Shown here: piece after piece, positions 49,168 through 54,930 of the stretch
Numbering within the stretch: position 1 is the first letter of the stretch
Layout of the letters: the number at the start of each line of letters is the position of its first letter
Assembly (NCBI RefSeq): GCF_001194135.2
Contig: NC_068993.1
Coordinates: forward strand, 39,650,448-39,705,377
From: Octopus bimaculoides
Lineage: Eukaryota
Length of the DNA stretch: 54,930 nt
Direction: 5' to 3'
Notes under the pieces: model-generated
What the model saw: the letters and a program-made list of their open reading frames with translations, nothing else
The model's database searches: none
Told to the model about the DNA's origin: nothing
Made by a program: the position numbers and the translations under genes

Positions 49168-49809
49168 TAGATGCATATTTGCAAAAGCGTGTCGGTGTGT
49201 GTACGTGTACATATGTACATATGTGAGTATGTATGGGGATCGCATAACGGGATGTAAGGAATACCTTGCTACGCTCAAGTACATATGAAATTTGAAGTGG
49301 ATCTCGTATCGAAGACGTAGCTTGGAGTCCACCACCATGATATGAAGAACATCATGATAACGATGACGTCAGCGGCAACGACTTTGAAGATGGCGACGAT
49401 AATGCCTGGGATGAATTTATTTAAATAAGCAAAATATAATTCATACAATAGTGTGTAGAAATTGAAGTCACTAAAGGGGTTTTGACGAAAGTGATTCAAA
49501 CTTGCAAATATAAAGGGCCAACCGTTATACAGGTGAACTATTTGTAATGCAACACTACAGTTTTGTTCTGTGAACAACATCCGTAGTCTTCCTGTACAGG
49601 CGCTATTCTTTACACGGTTTCCAACAATAGATAACACTTTAGGGGTAAAACCGCCTTTCAAATGGAACATGTCCATACACAAGATTCATAAAATAGAGAT
49701 TATTGTTTTGGATATATCTAATAATTGAATTATTTTATCGATGGTGTATATATATATATACATATGTATATGTATATATACACACACACACACANNNNNN
49801 NNNNNNNNN

Positions 49810-49859
<50 letters not shown>

Positions 49860-50687
49860 CATAAATATATGTATATATACACAGACGTATCTATATAAAA
49901 GTATACATAGATATATACATTTTAGTATTGACAGAAACACAAAATTACAACTATATTTACGAATACATATATATAAACATGTATACACATACATATATAC
50001 ACATATATATGTAGAAATATATTCATATATATATACATATGTATATGTATATATACACACACACACACACATACATATATACATATATGATATATATATG
50101 CATATATATGTATGTATGTATATGTATATATATGTATTGACACTTGAGGTATGATCAACTGTCTTTTTCAAAGTCGTGAGTTTTGTAGACTATGCTATCT
50201 TAATGAATAGCCAAGTTAATAATAGGCTTCTATATTGATTTTAGTTTTCATGTCTTAGATCGCTATGTTATTTCCTATTTAATACCTTCAGGCTTATTTC
50301 ACGACAAAATTTCTTTCTTTGAAAATTATCTGGAGACATTATACACTGAGCATGGGACATATTGCATTTTTAATTGTCTCGTATCATTTTTCTTTTACTA
50401 GTTCCTGTTCGAGAGATTCGGCCATGCTCCCGCAACACCATTAGGTTGATTTGATTTATTTCCTTTGTGCTAATTCCATTTTTTCTTTCATTTTAGATTT
50501 TCAACACCAACAAGAGGAGGATTTTCTCCGTGTGATTCTATCGATGTTACGTACTAGAATCTGTTGATTTTTGCGTATTACATATATGTGATACCATCAT
50601 GGTTGCATTGAATTGGCAGACACTATATACAAATGCTTTGTCTTTGAACAATGACTTGCTTGGTATTAGAAACTAGCAGCGTATATA

Positions 50688-51180
50688 TAGTTGTGACCAA
50701 AAGTTTGGAACATTATTTTTAAAATTAAAATTGTTATGCTCAAATACAATTCGGTTCAAATACAACTTCGGTTATTTAATATAAAAATTCTAATTTTCAG
50801 AGCTGTGTTCCAAACTTTAGCCCAAGTAATGATATATTGCAAATTAAATATAGTTTTGGGCATTTAATATACAAATTTTAATTTCCATACCTATGTTCTA
50901 CACCTTTGGCCACCACAGTAACAATCCAATACTCCAACGCAGAGTCAATAACGAGACTAACGCTCTCACTGTTCGACCTCAACTGTCTACTGGCTTAATC
51001 TATTTATTAGACTCTTCCAGTCCACTGATAGTCATGTACGAGCGTGTCAGTTCACTCTACAATATTGTGTCATGTAATGCTCAGGAATTCTTCACGCCTT
51101 TATCTTGAGATAAATCTGGAGATTTCTGTTCAGTACAGGGTCACATGAATTGTAACGCCTCCAGGAATCGCTAAAAAAAA
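50688..51180 (-). mobile_element. Tc1-family DNA transposon 3' end (TIR plus transposase C-terminus)
   Basis: TA(G)TTGTGACCAAAAGTTTGGAACA at 50688 is a Tc1-type TIR; minus strand has QKSPDLS (WPxxSPDL motif) and LVIDSALEYWIVTVVAKGVEHRY (cf. Tc1 L..SMP.R..AVI.AKG..TKY). Confidence 0.65.
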
Positions 51181-51358
51181 ACAGAAACCCCGAATAAATA
51201 TATAAATAAATGAATAATTGAATAATTAAATTGTAAAAACAACTAAAACAAGGAATCACTGCAGAGCTTATCGAATACGATCTATTCACTAAACATTAGC
51301 AAAATGAAACAATCGCGATGATTATTAAATTATAGGTAATTAAGTGTTTGAAGTGTTA

Positions 51359-51453
<95 letters not shown>

Positions 51454-51679
51454 TGATGATGATGATGATGATAAAACATTCTCTAGAACAACACTATGTA
51501 CAAATCCTATATATGGTACCCTAGGCATAACACCTACATGAACTTCTAACTTGTTGTCTCTTGAGGTCTCTGGGTGAGAACAAAAGTCAAACATGAAATA
51601 ATGATAATAATAATAATAATAGCAATGATGAGGAAGATGGTGATGATGATGATGATGATGATGATGATTATGATGATGA
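51359..51679. repeat. (AAT)n(GAT)n tracts at the Tx1 3' junction
   Basis: Direct reading. Confidence 0.93.
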
Positions 51680-51898
51680 TTTCTTTTATTGGCCACAAGG
51701 GCTCAAGACATGGAGGACTATATCGAAGGACGAGTTACAGTAAAAAAAAAAAACGAAACATGTGGGTTTAATATCAATCAAGGCGAGATGCTACCACATT
51801 AAAGGGATACTACCATATTAGAGGGGTGCTACCACATTAAACAGTGGGTATATGATAGAAAGTAGATAAATAATAAATAAAAAAATAAATAAATAGAA

Positions 51899-52302
51899 TG
51901 AGTGGCTGTGTGGTAAGTAGCTTGCTTACCAACCACATGGTTCCGGGTTCAGTCCCACTGCGTGGCATCTTGGGCAAGTGTCTTCTACTATAGCCTCGGG
52001 CCGACCAAAGCCTTGTGAGTGGATTTGGTAGACGGAAACTGAAAGAAGCCCGTCGTATATATATGTATATATATATGTGTGTGTGTGCATGTTTGTGTGT
52101 CTGTGTTTGTCCCCCAACATCGTTTGACAACCGATGCTGGTGTGTTTACGTCCCCGTAACCTAGCGGTTCGGCAAAAGAGACCGATAGAATAAGTACTAG
52201 CCATCCAAAGAATAAGTCCTGGGGTCGATTTGCTCGACTAAAGGTGGTGCTCCAGCATGGCCGCAGTCAAATGACTGAAACAAGTAAAAGAGTAAAAGAG
52301 TA
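51899..52302 (+). mobile_element. tRNA/CORE-like SINE with internal (TA)n(TG)n, near full-length, inside the Tx1 3' UTR
   Basis: Head GAGTGGCTGTGTGG...GGTTCAGTCCC, CORE-like CTTGGGCAAGTGTCTT, internal microsatellite, 3' CCAGCATGGCCGCAGTCAAATGACTGAAAC, (TAAAAGAG)n tail. Confidence 0.9.
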
Positions 52303-52957
52303 ATAGCAGAGCAGTCCACTTAGGGTAACCTGGGGTTAACCTCACACAAAAATCCCGGATTACTCTGCCATCTCTTAGGCACTGAAAAATACCTTCTTCC
52401 AGTTCTTTCCTCGTACATAGAAAAGCATATTCAGAGTAGATCCATTCAGTCTCACCAGTCTTGCCACTGTCGACCACCTTTTGATAAACACACTAGAAGG
52501 CACCACCTCCCTCTCTACCCTCACCTTCCTTTTCAAGTGCTATTTGAAGAAATTATTTAGGGCTTGACCAGAAAGGAATGTGCCTTTCTTCAAACCATTC
52601 AGACGGATCCACCACACAGCCTCTTTTGCCACAGCCATTAAGCAGAGAAAGATCTGCCTTCCTTCTCTGTTAAGGGAAGGTGGTGCATCAATCTTCACTA
52701 TACACACGGCAGACAGTAGAATTCGTCTTACACGCGACAACAGCTGCTCCATACATTCCCACAACCTCCTAATGGACGGACACTGAATTAGTGCATGCAG
52801 GACGGTTTCGTTCCCTAGCAAGCATCTCGGGCAAGTTCGTCTGTTGACTACTTCCATGCCTGAAGAGCTTGTCTCGAACGGGTAATGCACGTTTCTAGCA
52901 CTGCTATGCCAAAGACTTTAGGTAATTGTTCAAGATCTGCAACCCAAAGGTCCTCTA

Positions 52958-53084
52958 CAGGGTGTCCACAAAGTCTGGGTACCCGGAGTAAATAAAATCA
53001 TAACTTAAACAATTGTATATAAGAAATAATGATTTCTTAAAGTATGTGTTAATCCCCATGTACCCAGACTTTGTGGACACTCTG
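52958..53084. mobile_element. 127-bp Tc1/mariner-type MITE with TA TSD, inside the Tx1 LINE
   Basis: TIRs CAGGGTGTCCACAAAGTCTGGGTAC / GTACCCAGACTTTGTGGACACTCTG (1 mismatch in 25); TA at 52956-57 and 53085-86. Confidence 0.9.
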
Positions 53085-53605
53085 TAGAAGAGACTACTCA
53101 GACTTTTCTCGTTGGTGCCTAGATTCAATCCTAAGCCATCATCACACATGCCCTCAACTAGCCCCCTAGAGAAATCTTGGGTTGTTTTCCCGCTAACGGT
53201 TTTGGACAGCTGGTGCAATGCTGTGAGCGTCTGGCAATATTCTAGATGCCAGACGTTCAACCTTGATCTACGTTTGACCCATGACTGCAGCTCTGTCAAT
53301 GAGATGAGCCGCGGAAAGATTTGTTGCACGAAAGACGCCAACACCAGTTCTCCCTTAGTTTCGTTTTCGTCGTTGTCAACATCATCGTAGTGATCTAGAT
53401 ATTTTTGTAGGAACGACATCCTCGAAGTGTGGCACCACATCTTTAAGGATGACATCCCGAGACTACCACGGATTTTTTGACTAGTGGAACATGTCCCTTC
53501 TAAAAGAATCGGAAAAGAAAGCGCTGCTATCTTGTCAGAGTTTTCTTAGGACAAGGTACGACGGCTAGGCGGTGGTACACTACCGAGGCGATATATGCAA
53601 TCGCT

Positions 53606-53944
53606 AAGAAGAAGAAGGAGGAGAAGAAGAAGAAGAAGAAGAAGAAGAAGAAGAAGAAGAAGAAGAAGAAGAAGAAGAAGAAGAAGAAGAAGAAGAAGGG
53701 CGGCAACAACAGCAACAATAATAATAATTTCAGGAAAGAAAACAACAATATTTATTTTAAAAAATAATAGTAATAACCACAAGAATATCTTCTGTAATAG
53801 TAGTAGTAGTAGTATTAATAGCATTAGTAGTAGTAGTAGTAGTAGTAGTAGTTGTGTTAGTAACAACAACAACAACAACTGTAGTAGTGATTTCATTTAT
53901 AATTATATAAAGTAGATAATGATATAATACAATGTAATTTCTTT

Positions 53945-53985
<41 letters not shown>

Positions 53986-53987
53986 TG

Positions 53988-54050
<63 letters not shown>

Positions 54051-54066
54051 GCAACAGCAACAATAA
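53606..54066. repeat. (AAG)n followed by (AGT)/(AAC)/(AAT) tracts at the Tx1 5' junction
   Basis: Direct reading. Confidence 0.96.
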
Positions 54067-54930
54067 CATGAACATAAAGAATCCACAAAAACAGAACAAT
54101 ACAACAACAAATAAAGAAGACAAAGAAATTAATTTAAATCTTGATACCATTTCATTATTGCATCTAAATGAAACAATACTTAATTTACGCTTGTTTAATG
54201 AACGCCGTTTCGAGATACAGAAAATAAAAGAAACAAAACGTGAAAATATAAAACAACAAAAGCTGTCAGTTTTTATCAGTTAATGATTTCCGAAATGCAT
54301 TGTTGATTAACACAATATCATTTAGAGTTGATGGCTGACGTTAGTTCATTCACAAATTGTATGTAACACCTCATTGACGAACAACGAAACAAACACGAAA
54401 CACAAACACTTAAAAACACATAACAAACATCTCCGAGCTCTTATTGCTTGACAAATATTTTGTATGCATGTATATATGTATGTATGTATGTATGTATATG
54501 TGTGTGTATGAGCACGTGTTTGTGTGTTTCTATGTGCAAGTGTGTATTTTATATGCGCTTGTTGCTTCCATGTACGTGTTTGTATATGTGTATATTAGTG
54601 TTTGTGTATATGTTTGTGCATTTGTGCATATATGGTTTGCGTATATGTGTATGCGTTCATGTATATGTGTGTGTATGCATAATTTAGTAATTAGGTATGT
54701 GCTTGTATTCTTGTGTTTATGTGTATGTGCGTTTCTGTGATTATGTATGTTCCTGTGTGCATTTGTGTGTATGTGTATGCACATGTATGCGTGTGCAGGA
54801 AGGTTTTTACGTACAAACCTGATTGTATTTGTGAGTGAATTGTTTATTTGTATGCATGTGTGTTCATGCATATTTGTTAATATCTTATGTATTTGGGTGC
54901 GTGTGTGTACACACAGACACACACACATAT

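Larger units (their letters stand above)
51680..53607 (-). mobile_element. 5'-truncated Tx1/L1-clade LINE (ORF2 C-terminal part plus 3' UTR), interrupted by a SINE and a MITE
   Basis: Minus strand: IAYIASVVYHRLAVVPCP, FRFF*KGHVPLVKKS, LGMSSL, ALPVRDKLFRHG, TCPRCLLGNETVLHALIQCPSIRRLW (zf-RVT-type CCHC), LFLCL/AVAKEAVW; 3' end GAGCCCTTGTGGCCAATAAAAGAAAT followed by (CAT)n at ~51680. Confidence 0.85.

Noticed and set aside
49275-49682. 135-aa minus-strand ORF
   Set aside because: No domain similarity; its 3' part overlaps a degenerate (GAT)n tract; no convincing splice sites.
2542-54928. Long ORFs made of poly-[17 protein letters not shown] or X in the supplied track
   Set aside because: They are translations of microsatellites and N gaps, not genes.

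Overview
AT-rich eukaryotic, non-coding-dominated window: dense di/tri/tetranucleotide microsatellites, about 20 N-gaps (almost all inside microsatellites, typical of a short-read assembly), and many interspersed repeats. The SINE families and repeat landscape match what I recognise from octopus genomes (inference, not database-verified). Almost every ORF in the supplied track is a microsatellite or N artefact. Recognisable protein-coding sequence is all decayed transposon material: an R4/Dong-clade non-LTR element in (TAA)n with RT core and endonuclease deleted (15303-16884), a second Dong endonuclease fragment (18375-18740), a Penelope-like element (33820-34960), a 5'-truncated Tx1/L1-clade LINE carrying a nested SINE and MITE (51680-53607), and a Tc1 3' end (50688-51180). 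At least four tRNA-derived SINE families and several mariner/pogo/hAT MITEs are present. No host gene is identified by homology, but several short exon candidates with good splice signals suggest the window is mostly intronic: a minus-strand first exon MAAPKCLTQ (26932-26958) and a plus-strand pair 10082-10095 / 14539-14600 that splices to a signal-peptide-like sequence. Other points of interest: a SINE-derived 36-bp minisatellite, a perfect 24-bp hairpin inside the Penelope linker, a GC-rich branched hairpin, and a cluster of six ATTGTC (Sox-like) motifs.
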